Assembly (NCBI GenBank): GCA_036000545.1
Contig: DASYVD010000050.1
Span: 1 to 61,739, forward strand
Source: Actinomycetota bacterium
GTDB lineage: Bacteria; Actinomycetota; UBA4738; CALAEC01
Direction of reading: 5' to 3'
Length of the DNA stretch: 61,739 nt
This document shows positions 8,245-19,649 of this stretch, piece after piece. The position numbers and the translations under genes were made by a program. Position 1 is the first letter of the stretch. Each line of letters opens with the position of its first letter. The notes beneath the pieces are model-generated. The model saw nothing but the letters and a program-made list of their open reading frames with translations. It searched no databases and was not told the DNA's origin.

Positions 8245-9780
8245 GTGTACGCCCGGGCGAACGCCGTGGCCGTCGTGGGGATCCGAGGACACCAAGTGGC
8301 CGTGGAGGTGCACGTCGGCCGGGGCCTTCCGGCTCTCTACCTGACCGGCCTGCCGGGAGCGGCGGTCCAGGATGCCCGGGAGCGGGTGCGGCCTGCGGTG
8401 GAGAACTCCGGTCTTGAGTGGCCTTTGCGCAGGGTCACCGTGAACCTCAGTCCGGCCGATCTCCGGAAAGAGGGTCCAGGGTTCGATCTGGCGATCGCAG
8501 TCGCCGTTCTGGCGGCTACCGCGCAGGTGCCTCAGGACCGCCTGGCGGGTTGCGCCCTCGTCGGGGAGCTCTCGCTTCGCGGGGCGATCGTCCCGACGCC
8601 TGGCATCCTGGCGGTCGCCGACACCGCGGCGCGAGCGGGGCTTGGCACGGTCGTGGTGCCCGAGGCGAACGCCGCCGAGGCGGGGCTGATCGAAGGTGTC
8701 GAGGTCGTGGGGGCGCCGTCGTTGGTGAAGGTGGTTGAATACCTGCGGGGCCAGTGGACCGCTGCGCCCCCGACGGTCCCCGAACGGAGGTGGCTTCCCG
8801 CCGACGTGGACTTCAGTGAGGTCCGCGGCCAGGGGGAAGCCCGCCGGGCCCTGGAGGTGGCCGCCGCCGGTGGGCACAACGTCCTGATGGTGGGGTCTCC
8901 GGGGGCGGGGAAGACCATGTTGGCCCGCCGCCTCCCTACCATCCTCCCAGCCATGGCCCGAGATGAGGAGCTCGAGGTGACGCGGCTCCAATCGGTGGCC
9001 GGGCTTCTCGGGCCGGGAGTGAGTCTGGTGGACAGGCGACCGTTCCGAAGCCCTCACCACACGATCTCGCCCGCCGGGCTCCTCGGGGGAGGGTCGGGCT
9101 TCATCCGTCCGGGCGAGGTTAGCCTGGCCCACCATGGAGTGCTGTTCCTCGACGAGGTCACCGAGTTCCGGAGGGACGCCCTCGAGGGACTCCGCCAGCC
9201 GCTCGAGGACGGCCGGGTAATGGTCGTGCGGGCCGCGGGGGCGGTGGAGTTTCCGGCCCGCTTCACGCTTGTTGCGGCGGCGAACCCCTGTCCCTGCGGC
9301 TTCGACGGGGATCCCCGACGGCGGTGCCGGTGCCTCCCCAATCGGGTGGAGTCCTACCGCCAGCGGCTCTCCGGTCCCTTCCTCGATAGGATCGACATCC
9401 GCCTTCGTATCCCCAGGCTCTCTCGTGCGGAGCTCCTGGGTTCCGAGCCCGCCGAGAGCTCTTCGGCGATCCGAGCCCGGGTCGAGGAGGCCCGAGAACG
9501 CCAGCGGCGGCGATTCCGGGATCAGCAGTTCCGGTGCAACGGGGACATGTCCGGGGCGGTCGCCCGCCGGGTGGCCGGGCTAACACCCGAGGCCGAGGCC
9601 ACCCTGGCAAGGGCCGTCGACCGGTACGGACTGACCGGACGGGGATTCGACCGATCGCTCAAGGTGGCTCGGACCGTGGCGGACCTCGCCGGGTCCGACC
9701 CGGTGGACGTGCCCCACCTACTCGAGGCGCTCAGCTTCCGGGGGCGCGCTTCTCCGTCGGAGGGCGCCGGTGCCGCCTGA
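8245..9780 (+). CDS. comM: Mg-chelatase-like AAA+ protein YifB/ComM
   Basis: 511 aa. Lon-like N-domain (GLPALYLTGLPGAAVQDARERV), GSPGAGKTMLARRL Walker A, VLFLDEVTEF Walker B, C4 cluster NPCPCGF...RCRC. Confidence 0.92.
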   Translation: MYARANAVAVVGIRGHQVAVEVHVGRGLPALYLTGLPGAAVQDARERVRPAVENSGLEWPLRRVTVNLSPADLRKEGPGFDLAIAVAVLAATAQVPQDRLAGCALVGELSLRGAIVPTPGILAVADTAARAGLGTVVVPEANAAEAGLIEGVEVVGAPSLVKVVEYLRGQWTAAPPTVPERRWLPADVDFSEVRGQGEARRALEVAAAGGHNVLMVGSPGAGKTMLARRLPTILPAMARDEELEVTRLQSVAGLLGPGVSLVDRRPFRSPHHTISPAGLLGGGSGFIRPGEVSLAHHGVLFLDEVTEFRRDALEGLRQPLEDGRVMVVRAAGAVEFPARFTLVAAANPCPCGFDGDPRRRCRCLPNRVESYRQRLSGPFLDRIDIRLRIPRLSRAELLGSEPAESSSAIRARVEEARERQRRRFRDQQFRCNGDMSGAVARRVAGLTPEAEATLARAVDRYGLTGRGFDRSLKVARTVADLAGSDPVDVPHLLEALSFRGRASPSEGAGAA

Positions 9781-11002
9781 CGAAGGACAAGGGTCTGGCA
9801 CGCTCCCGCCTGGGTGCTGGCCGCCGGGCTTCGTCTCGAGCACGGCGGATCGCGATGCCCTCCTCGTGCTCGCTCACCTCGACGGAATCACCCCGCGTCA
9901 GCTCCACACAGTGGCGTGGCAGGAGGGCTCTGCCCGGCATTGTCTCGCGGCGGTGCGAAGTGGAAGAGCGGGCAGCTCCGGCGACCGAGACCGAGCGGGG
10001 AGCGTCTCGGTGGAGGCGGTACGGGCCATCCTGGACCGGGTCGGCGCCCGTCAGGTTTGCCCCGGGGACGAGGCATATCCTCCTCAGCTGCTCGACCTGC
10101 CCGACCCGCCGGGCTGCCTGTTCGTGCTGGGACGGAGGTCTGCCCCCCCGACTCCCGCCGTCGCCATCGTCGGTGCCCGCCGGTGCTCGACCTACGGCCG
10201 CGAAGTCGCCGAGGGCATGGGCCAGGGGCTCGCCGCCGCGGGGCTCACGGTCGTAAGCGGGGCGGCGCTGGGGATCGACGCTGCGGCCCACCGGGGCGCC
10301 CTGTCCTCGAGTGGATCGGTCCAGGCTGCCGAAAGAGAAGGCCCCCAGATGAGCAGGGCCGGATTCCCCACCATGGCCGTGCTCGGCTCGGGGATCGACA
10401 TCCTTCACCCACCGAGCAATCGGGCTCTCATCCGACGGGTCGCGAAGCGGGGAGCCGTGCTGTCCGAGTACCCTCCGGGAACCCCGGCCTTGCCGTGGAG
10501 GTTTCCGGCCAGGAATCGCCTGGTGGCCGGACTGAGCCGGGCCGTCGTGGTTGTCGAGGGAGCACCCGGCAGCGGCTCGATGATCACCGCGGAGTTCGCC
10601 CTTGATCTCGGCCGCGAAGTGCTCGCGATCCCCGGTCCGGTCACGAGCCCCCAGTCGGCCGTCCCCAACCAGCTCATCCGGGAGGGCGCCTCGCTGGCGC
10701 GAGGGCCGGAGGACGTCCTGGAGGCGCTGGGCGTCGAGCGCTTGGGACCCCCCGGCGCAGGTCCGGGAAGCGGATCGGCGGACGAGACGGCCCCCGGACC
10801 TGCCGAGTCGCTGCCCGTGGAGGAGCGGCGTGCCCTCGAAGCGGTCGCCGGACACCCGGTCACGGTGGACGTCGTGGCTGCGGAAACGGGCTTGCCGGTG
10901 GGAAAAGCCCTGTCGGCGTTGGTTGCCCTGGAGCTTCGGGGTCTCGTCCGCGAGGTCGCCGGCCGGTACGAGCGCACCGCAGTCGCTGCCCGGCACCGCT
11001 AG
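9770..11002 (+). CDS. dprA: DNA-processing protein DprA
   Basis: 410 aa: VAIVGARRCSTYGREVA, VVSGAALGIDAAAHRGAL, FPARNRLVAGLS, and a C-terminal winged-helix-like region. Overlaps the comM end. Confidence 0.9.
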   Translation: MPPDEGQGSGTLPPGCWPPGFVSSTADRDALLVLAHLDGITPRQLHTVAWQEGSARHCLAAVRSGRAGSSGDRDRAGSVSVEAVRAILDRVGARQVCPGDEAYPPQLLDLPDPPGCLFVLGRRSAPPTPAVAIVGARRCSTYGREVAEGMGQGLAAAGLTVVSGAALGIDAAAHRGALSSSGSVQAAEREGPQMSRAGFPTMAVLGSGIDILHPPSNRALIRRVAKRGAVLSEYPPGTPALPWRFPARNRLVAGLSRAVVVVEGAPGSGSMITAEFALDLGREVLAIPGPVTSPQSAVPNQLIREGASLARGPEDVLEALGVERLGPPGAGPGSGSADETAPGPAESLPVEERRALEAVAGHPVTVDVVAAETGLPVGKALSALVALELRGLVREVAGRYERTAVAARHR

Positions 11003-11428
11003 GCGCTGAGGCCGGGAAGGAAGGATGGAACGACTGCCGGGTGACTAGTGGCGAAGCAAGGCCCAGACGTCTTCGCCTCGGTCTCGAAGGTCGAAGACGT
11101 GGTTGTCCCGAAAGCGGTCCCGACGGAGGCGAGAGAAGAGTCCCCGGGCCGTTCCGTTCTTCCGGCCGACCGACCGGACGTACGCCTCGATCTGCGCATC
11201 CCGGATGCGCTTGAGGCGCTCGAGCTCTCAGACTGGGTGCCCGGCTACCGGCGTGATCACGCCATCCCTTCCATGGTCGGCTTGCTCAAATAGTCCCACA
11301 GTAGGCCGGAACCGTCCGGGGGAAGGACTTTGGGCCTACCTCTTGTGTCGGCCCGGTTTCGTGCCGAACATCCTAGGCGGGCAGGTCCCTTTGTGTTACA
11401 AGACTTGTCACCCTTTACAGGAGCCGTC

Positions 11429-12343
11429 GTGCCGGACACGCCTTCCCCACGGGACGCCGAGCTGATCGAGCGGTTCGTGCAGCACCTGTCGCTCGAGCGT
11501 CGGCTCAGCCCGCATACGTGCGCTGCGTACCGTACAGACCTCCTCGGCCTGGCCACGTTCCTGGCCCGGGGAGGGTCCTCCCTCGAGACCGCTGACTACC
11601 AGCTGCTTCGCCGGTGGCTGGCCCACCTGGGAACGCGCGGGTACGCCCGGTCGTCCATGGCTCGGAAGGCCGCAGCCATCCGCTCGTTCTACCGGCACCT
11701 GGCCCGCCGGGCTGTGGTCGCGGCCAATCCGGCCTCCCAGCTGTCGGCGCCGAAGATCCCGACCCTGCTCCCCACGGTCCTCAAGCCGCGGGAGGCGGAG
11801 GCCCTTATGGAGGCCCCCGTCGGCGACGATCCATATCTAGTGCGAGACCGTGCCATCCTCGAGCTCCTCTACGCGGCGGGCCTCCGAGTGTCGGAGCTCT
11901 GCGGCCTGGACCTCGAAGACGTCGACCTCGAAGGCCAGCGCGTTCGGGTCCTGGGGAAGGGCAGCCGCGAGCGGGAGGTCCCGATCGGCGACGTGGCCGC
12001 GGCAGCGCTGGGCGAGTACCTGGGCTGGGCCCGCGGGGCCATCGCCCCAGAGGGGCCGGGAGCCCCGTCCGCCCTGCTCTTCAACCGGCGGCGCAGGAGA
12101 ATCGGCCCTCGCGACGTAAGGGGTCTGGTAGAGAATTATGTCAAACGAGCGCTCCCTGGGCGCCGGGCGAGCCCGCACACGCTGCGCCACTCGTTCGCGA
12201 CCCACCTGATGGAGGGAGGTGCGGACATCCGAGCCGTTCAGGAGCTTCTGGGCCACGCCAGCCTGGCGAACACTCAGCGCTATACGCACGTATCGCGGGG
12301 CCGGCTGTTCGGGGCGTACCGGACCAGCCACCCGAGGGCATGA
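11429..12343 (+). CDS. xerC: Tyrosine recombinase XerC/XerD family
   Basis: GTG lies 6 nt after [83 protein letters not shown] (R..HxxR..Y catalytic set). Confidence 0.9.
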   Translation: MPDTPSPRDAELIERFVQHLSLERRLSPHTCAAYRTDLLGLATFLARGGSSLETADYQLLRRWLAHLGTRGYARSSMARKAAAIRSFYRHLARRAVVAANPASQLSAPKIPTLLPTVLKPREAEALMEAPVGDDPYLVRDRAILELLYAAGLRVSELCGLDLEDVDLEGQRVRVLGKGSREREVPIGDVAAAALGEYLGWARGAIAPEGPGAPSALLFNRRRRRIGPRDVRGLVENYVKRALPGRRASPHTLRHSFATHLMEGGADIRAVQELLGHASLANTQRYTHVSRGRLFGAYRTSHPRA

Positions 12344-13215
12344 TGGCCAGGGCGACCACTCGAGGGCGAGATGGCCAGGGGGATGGCACCCGCAGGCGCA
12401 ACGGCCAGGGGGATGGCAGCCGCAAGCGCGAGAGACTCACCCCGGACGAGCTCAACGAGCTCGATCAGCTCTGGCAGCAGTTCAAGGCGACCGGCGCACC
12501 GACTGCCCGCGAGCGATTGATCCTCCACTATGCGCCCCTCGTCAAATACGTCGTCGGCCGGTTGGCCGCAGGGCTGCCCCACACCGTCGAGCGCGCCGAC
12601 CTCGTTTCCTACGGCATGTTCGGGCTCATGGATGCCCTCGACAAGTTCGACATGAGCCGACAGGTGAAGTTCGAGACCTACGCCATCTCCCGGATCAAGG
12701 GAGCCATCATCGACGAGCTCAGGGCCATGGACTGGGTGCCCAGATCGATCCGGTTCAAGGCCCGCGAGGTGGAGAAGGCCTACTCGGGGCTGGAATCGAA
12801 GCTCCACCGTGCCCCCACCGACGGCGAGGTCGCCGACCAACTGGGGATCACGGTCCGTGAGCTGCATGACGTCGTGAACCAGATCTCCTTCGTCTCCGTG
12901 ATGGCCCTGGAGGAGTTGGTGTCGGTGGGGGACGAGCGGGGCGAGAGGCGGTCGCTGCTCGACACGCTTGCCGACGCCGCCAGCTCGGATCCCACCTCCG
13001 AGCTCGAGGGGCAGGAAATGCGGGGCCTCCTGGCCGCCGCCATCAACTCGCTGTCCGAGCGGGAGAAGATCGTCATCACCCTGTACTACTTCGAGGGCCT
13101 CACGCTCGCCGAGATTGGGGAGGTCCTCGGGGTCACCGAATCCCGGGTGTGCCAGATCCACACGAAGGCGGTGCACAACCTCCGGGACTCGTTGGTCGAG
13201 CGAAGCGACGTCTGA
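12340..13215 (+). CDS. FliA/WhiG-family (group 3) RNA polymerase sigma factor with a basic repeat N-terminus
   Basis: ATGA overlap with the xerC stop. [85 protein letters not shown]. Confidence 0.88.
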   Translation: MMARATTRGRDGQGDGTRRRNGQGDGSRKRERLTPDELNELDQLWQQFKATGAPTARERLILHYAPLVKYVVGRLAAGLPHTVERADLVSYGMFGLMDALDKFDMSRQVKFETYAISRIKGAIIDELRAMDWVPRSIRFKAREVEKAYSGLESKLHRAPTDGEVADQLGITVRELHDVVNQISFVSVMALEELVSVGDERGERRSLLDTLADAASSDPTSELEGQEMRGLLAAAINSLSEREKIVITLYYFEGLTLAEIGEVLGVTESRVCQIHTKAVHNLRDSLVERSDV

Positions 13216-13263
13216 CCGGCGGTTCCTGTCGTACCCCCCCGATAGGATCAGGCGGCGTGCTGA

Positions 13264-13280
13264 CCTCCGGGCACCGGAGG
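13264..13280 (+). promoter_or_regulatory. Perfect 7-bp hairpin CCTCCGG-GCA-CCGGAGG enclosing the SD of the M23 peptidase gene
   Basis: The 3' arm contains GGAGG (13276-13280), 7 nt before ATG 13288. Confidence 0.35.
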
Positions 13281-13287
13281 TACGCGC

Positions 13288-13953
13288 ATGCCAGTGGCCT
13301 GGGTTCGCTCGGCGACGATCCTCGTCGCAGCCGTGGTCCTCGTTCCCGTCACGAGGACGAGCGCCTCGCCTCGGGGAACGTTAGGCGAGAAGCGCGCGGA
13401 CGGTCCGCCGTACGGGACCTACGTGTGGCCCGTTCACGGCCCGGTCATCCTTCCGTTCGAGCCACCGGACACACCGTACGGCCCGGGTCATCGGGGGATC
13501 GACATCGCCGTCCCCATCGGAACCCCCGTGCGTGCAGCGGGGCCGGGGCGGGTGGCGTTCGCGGGCTGGGTCGCGGGTTCCCTCTTTGTTTCGATCGACC
13601 ATCCCGACGGAGTGAGAACCACCTACTCGTGGTTGTCCGCCGCGTCGGTCACCGCCCGCGACCAGGTCCGCGCGGGTCAGACGATCGGGGCGACCGGCTC
13701 CGGTCACCCCGGACGGATGCCGCCGCATCTGCATTTCGGAGCCCGGGTGGGAGAGGTGTACGTGGACCCGCTCCTTCTTCTCGGGAGAGGCTCGCTCGTC
13801 GGACTGATCCATCTGGCGCCGCTCGACGACTTGCTGCTCGTCGCGGCTTCGCGGATCGTCATCCTCAAGCCAAGGAGACCCTTCCCTCGAGGACCGCCGG
13901 CGGCCTCCCTGGATCCGCGCAGAGACACGGCGCCCCGAGACCGGCGCCCCTAG
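13288..13953 (+). CDS. M23 family metallopeptidase (secreted)
   Basis: Signal-like N-terminus, HRGIDIAVPIGTPVRAAGPGRV, IDHPDGVRTTYSWL, GSGHPGRMPPHLHFGAR (HxxxD / HxH motifs). Confidence 0.88.
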   Translation: MPVAWVRSATILVAAVVLVPVTRTSASPRGTLGEKRADGPPYGTYVWPVHGPVILPFEPPDTPYGPGHRGIDIAVPIGTPVRAAGPGRVAFAGWVAGSLFVSIDHPDGVRTTYSWLSAASVTARDQVRAGQTIGATGSGHPGRMPPHLHFGARVGEVYVDPLLLLGRGSLVGLIHLAPLDDLLLVAASRIVILKPRRPFPRGPPAASLDPRRDTAPRDRRP

Positions 13954-13964
13954 AATGAGCGGCC

Positions 13965-15356
13965 GTGCACACCTCGCGCCCGGTACGCTCGCTGCTGCTC
14001 GCTGGGCTCTGTACCGCGGTAGCCATGGCGATCGCGGCAGCGCCCGGATGGGCGGGTGGTCTCGTGCGGTCCGGTCGCGCTTCCGTCCAGGAAGGAGAAC
14101 CAGAACATCCCTGGCCCATGGTGGGAGGCAATGCCTCCCATTCGGGAACGACGGAGGGCCCGGCTCCTCCCTACCGTGAGGCGTGGTCAATCTCCGACGT
14201 GAAGCCCGTGGCGGGGCCCATCGTCGGAGCCCACGTCCTCATCGTCGTCGACGCGGACCGAGTCGTGACAGTGGAGCGGGCCACCGGACGCCTTGTGTGG
14301 GAGGCGGATCGTGAGGCCGGACCCGCGGGGCCCGGAGCCCTGGCAGGCAACCTCGTGATCTTCTCCGAGGGAAAGGGGCGCGACGCAGCCATCTCCGCGA
14401 TCCGACTGGAGGACGGCGAGCCCGCTTGGAGCGTTCCGACCGGGGCGCGGTCTCTGGGCGGACCTGCCGTCGAGGGCGGGAGAGTGTTCGTCGGCACGTC
14501 CGACGGTCGCGTCCTCGCCTTTACCGCGAACGAGGGGTCCCGTCTCTGGGAGTACCGGGCCACCGGGCGCGTGGACACTTCCCCCGCAGTGGCTGACGGA
14601 CTCGTGTACGTGGTTGGGGAGGACCTCTCGTCGGGGGCGGCCACCATGTACGCTCTCGACGCCGACACGGGTCGGGAGCGGTGGCGGTTCTCCCCGTCCG
14701 GTCCGGGTGTCCGCGTGTCGTCGATCTCCGTGGCCGAGGGCACGGCGTTCGTGGGCTTGGGCGACTTCATGGTGCACGCGTTCGACGCTGCCGCGGGAGC
14801 CGAGCGGTGGCAGACCCCCGTCCGAGTTCCCTTCAGCTCTCGGCTCGTACCCGCGGTCGGGGATCGGGTGGTCTTGGGGGATCTGGCCGGGAATCTGTAC
14901 GGCCTGGAGGCCGGCTCCGGGGAGCTGGCGTGGATGTTCCGGGTGCCCGGGGATCTCGTGTTGGCGTCGCCGATCCTCGCCGGCGACTGGGCGGTGGTGG
15001 GAGATGGAGGCGGGCAGGCTTCCGCCATCGATCTGAGTTCGGGGCTCCTGGTCTGGAAGCGGGACGTCGGCGTGGGGCCGGTGGGGCCGATCGCTTCGGA
15101 CGGCGAACGGCTGTATCTCGCGGTCCTGGGCCCGAGGGGCCGGCTCGTGGCCCTTGAACACGATCCCCAGGGAAGCCTGTTGGCCGAGCCTTCGCCGACC
15201 ACCCTGTTCGTCGGTCGTGCCCTCCTCAATTTCGCCATCGCTGCATCCGCGCTGGGTGCGGCGCTGATCTTCCTCATCCGCTGGCTGGGCAGCGGGCGCA
15301 CGGAGCGCGAGTCCTCCACCCCTCTCGACGAGGAGCCGAAGGGAGGAGAGGCGTGA
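13965..15356 (+). CDS. PQQ-like (BamB-type) beta-propeller repeat protein with signal peptide and C-terminal TM anchor
   Basis: 463 aa. Repeated G..LW/RW motifs (GRLVWEADRE, GSRLWEYRATG, GRERWRFSP, GAERWQTPV, GELAWMFRV, GLLVWKRDV). C-terminal LLNFAIAASALGAALIFLIRWL. Confidence 0.75.
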   Translation: MHTSRPVRSLLLAGLCTAVAMAIAAAPGWAGGLVRSGRASVQEGEPEHPWPMVGGNASHSGTTEGPAPPYREAWSISDVKPVAGPIVGAHVLIVVDADRVVTVERATGRLVWEADREAGPAGPGALAGNLVIFSEGKGRDAAISAIRLEDGEPAWSVPTGARSLGGPAVEGGRVFVGTSDGRVLAFTANEGSRLWEYRATGRVDTSPAVADGLVYVVGEDLSSGAATMYALDADTGRERWRFSPSGPGVRVSSISVAEGTAFVGLGDFMVHAFDAAAGAERWQTPVRVPFSSRLVPAVGDRVVLGDLAGNLYGLEAGSGELAWMFRVPGDLVLASPILAGDWAVVGDGGGQASAIDLSSGLLVWKRDVGVGPVGPIASDGERLYLAVLGPRGRLVALEHDPQGSLLAEPSPTTLFVGRALLNFAIAASALGAALIFLIRWLGSGRTERESSTPLDEEPKGGEA

Positions 15357-16549
15357 CCGACCGGCGCCGCGGGCGGAGAAAGGCCTCTCGAGGCGAGCCC
15401 CGAGGGGGGCGAGGAACGGCGCCCCGGGGGCAGCCCCCTCCGGCAACGTCGGATGCGTCGTCTCCGGAAGCGGGGAGCCGGACCGGAGACCGTGGCGGGT
15501 GGTTGCGCCGGGCCCTGGGCCCTCGGCAGACGGTGGTCTCACCCTTTCCTCCTCTCGCTGCGTCCCTGTCTCGGGGGGCGCTCGGGCCTGGAGGTTCCCC
15601 GGTCGTTCTGGCGGCCGCTTTCCTCGGGCTCCTGGCGTTGTGGGCGGGTTTCACCCTCCTCGACGCCGCACTCTCGGCCCAGGGCATGGTGTACGTGCTG
15701 GGAGTTCCCCCCGTGCACGTTCCCCTGGACATCGGCGTGGTCCAATCGCTCCTGCGGACTTCTTCCACCCTTGCGCTGACGTCGGTGCTGGCACTGGGTG
15801 CAGGGAGGGGCCTGATCCTGGGGACTCTGGCCATCCTCGTGCACGACGCGGTTCGGGGTGGCTCGAACCCACGAGCGGCCCTCCGTCGGCTCCCCAGGGT
15901 GGCGGTGGCGATGTTCGGAATCTACGGGGTCGAGGTGGGACTGTTCCTCTTCCTTCTGCTCTTCGCGCAGTCGATCCTGGGACCGGCCGCCGTGTTGCTG
16001 ATACTCGTGCTGGGTCTCCACTTCCTGGGATTCGCCCCGGTAGTTGCGGCAGCCGAAGGGGTCCCCGCGGGCGCGGCCGTCCGGATCGGTTTTCGGGCCT
16101 CCCGCCTTCCAGGGGCTCGCCACGTCACGCTCGTCCTCCTGTACATCGCCACCGTCCTGTACGTGGGGGTCGGAGCGACCGCGGCCGCAGGGGAAACGGC
16201 TCCGGCCACGCCATCCGTCCTGACCTGGGCCGTCGCCCTCCTGGCCACCTTCGGCCATGTGGTGATGCTGGGGGCGCTCGCCTACAGATGGGACGCCGTG
16301 CGAGACCAGGTCCTTGCCGAAGACAGCAGGCGTCAAGAGGAACGGCGCGCGGCCCGGGGCCGGGGGCGGGGGCGGGGAACGCGACCCGCCTCGTCTCGGA
16401 AGACGTCGTCGCGGAAGTCCCCTCCGCGGCCGGCCGAGGGAAAGGCCTCGAGCCGGACCTCGGGCACGACGGCCCGGAAGGGCGCGGCGACCAGAACGGA
16501 TACGGGTAAGCCCAAAGACCGGAGGTCCAAGAGGGGCAAGCGCCGCTGA
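15353..16549 (+). CDS. Hypothetical polytopic membrane protein with Arg/Lys-rich disordered termini
   Basis: GTGA overlap with the upstream gene. About 6 hydrophobic segments between highly basic N- and C-terminal tails. No family recognised. Confidence 0.6.
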   Translation: MTDRRRGRRKASRGEPRGGRGTAPRGQPPPATSDASSPEAGSRTGDRGGWLRRALGPRQTVVSPFPPLAASLSRGALGPGGSPVVLAAAFLGLLALWAGFTLLDAALSAQGMVYVLGVPPVHVPLDIGVVQSLLRTSSTLALTSVLALGAGRGLILGTLAILVHDAVRGGSNPRAALRRLPRVAVAMFGIYGVEVGLFLFLLLFAQSILGPAAVLLILVLGLHFLGFAPVVAAAEGVPAGAAVRIGFRASRLPGARHVTLVLLYIATVLYVGVGATAAAGETAPATPSVLTWAVALLATFGHVVMLGALAYRWDAVRDQVLAEDSRRQEERRAARGRGRGRGTRPASSRKTSSRKSPPRPAEGKASSRTSGTTARKGAATRTDTGKPKDRRSKRGKRR

Positions 16550-16559
16550 TCGAGGGCTG

Positions 16560-16594
16560 CCGGCAGGACCTCCTCTTCCTTCGGTCCTGGCCGG
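16560..16594 (+). terminator. Terminator-like GC hairpin without a U-tract after the membrane-protein gene
   Basis: CCGGCAGGACC (16560-16570) pairs with GGTCCTGGCCGG (16583-16594) with one bulge and a 12-nt loop, 10 nt after the stop. Confidence 0.3.
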
Positions 16595-16742
16595 GTCGAG
16601 CCGGTGGTTTCGTCTGCTAGACTGACCCTCCGGCCGCAAGGCCGAATACGCACGCCCGGGGATCCGTCTCCCGGTCCCGCCCGCGGGCGGGTGGGGACGG
16701 AGATGAGCCGGGCGGAGGAGACAACCGAAGGGAGGCTCGTCG

Positions 16743-17662
16743 ATGTCTGTCGTCACTCGACGGCAGCTCCTCGAATCAGGGGTCCATTTCGGCCACCAGA
16801 CACGCCGGTGGAACCCCAAGATGCGCCGCTACATCTACGGCGAACGCGGCGGCATCTACGTGATCGATCTGGAGAAGACCCTCCGCGGGGTGGAGCGGAC
16901 CTACGAGTTCGTCCGCGACCTCGGCCGGCGGGGGGGCGTGGTCCTGTTCGTGGGGACCAAGAAGCAGGCTCAGGACGTTGTGGCCGAGCAGGCCAGCCGG
17001 GTCGGGATGCCCTTCGTCAACACCCGGTGGCTTGGGGGCATGCTCACCAACTTCCAGACGATCCACGGCCGGCTCCTCCGGCTGAAGGAGCTCCGTGAGA
17101 TGGAGCGCTCCGGAGCGTTCGACTTCCTTCCCAAGAAAGAAGTGCTCAAGCTCCGCCACGAGAAGGAGAAGCTCGAGCGGAACCTCGGGGGGATCCAGGA
17201 CCTCGACCGGGTCCCGGACACCGTCTACGTCGTCGATACCAAGAAGGAGCACATCGCGGTCACCGAGGCAAACAAGCTCGGCATCCCCGTCATCGCCATC
17301 GTCGACACCAACTGCGACCCCGACGAAGTCGATTACGTGATTCCCGGGAACGACGACGCCATCCGAGCGGTGAGCCTGGTCACGACGATCATCGCCGACG
17401 CCCTCGAGGAAGGCCGTCGGCTGCGAGGAAAAGACGTGGCCGAGCGGCCGGACGTCATGGCCGAGGTCGCCGCACCGGCTGCGGCTCGTGCGGGAGATGA
17501 CGGCTCCGAGGCGTCGGCGGCCGAGGCGAGCGAGGCTCCCCCCACGCCCGAGGAGGAGATCACCGCGGAGCCGTCCGGCGAACCGTCGCAACCGGCGCAG
17601 GCTACCCCCGACGTGTCGTCCGAGCAGGCGAAACCCTCGATCGGCGCGAGCGGCGAGTCCGA

Positions 17663-17666
<4 letters not shown>
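16743..17666 (+). CDS. rpsB: 30S ribosomal protein S2 with an acidic C-terminal tail
   Basis: [46 protein letters not shown] is canonical S2. SD GAAGGGAGG lies upstream. Confidence 0.97.
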
Positions 17667-19630
<1,964 letters not shown>

Positions 19631-19649
19631 TGGCGAGCACGGAGCGCGG

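Noticed and set aside
11048-11293. + strand ORF (81 aa) between dprA and xerC as a real gene.
   Set aside because: There is no credible RBS or promoter geometry. It shares its triplet phase with an equally coding-like minus frame. No motif is recognised. Reported only as an ambiguous spacer in findings.
11429-12343. xerC as the integrase of an integrated mobile element or prophage.
   Set aside because: It sits in the conserved comM-dprA-xerC-sigma housekeeping context. There are no phage, IS or att-like features, and the flanking genes are core genes.
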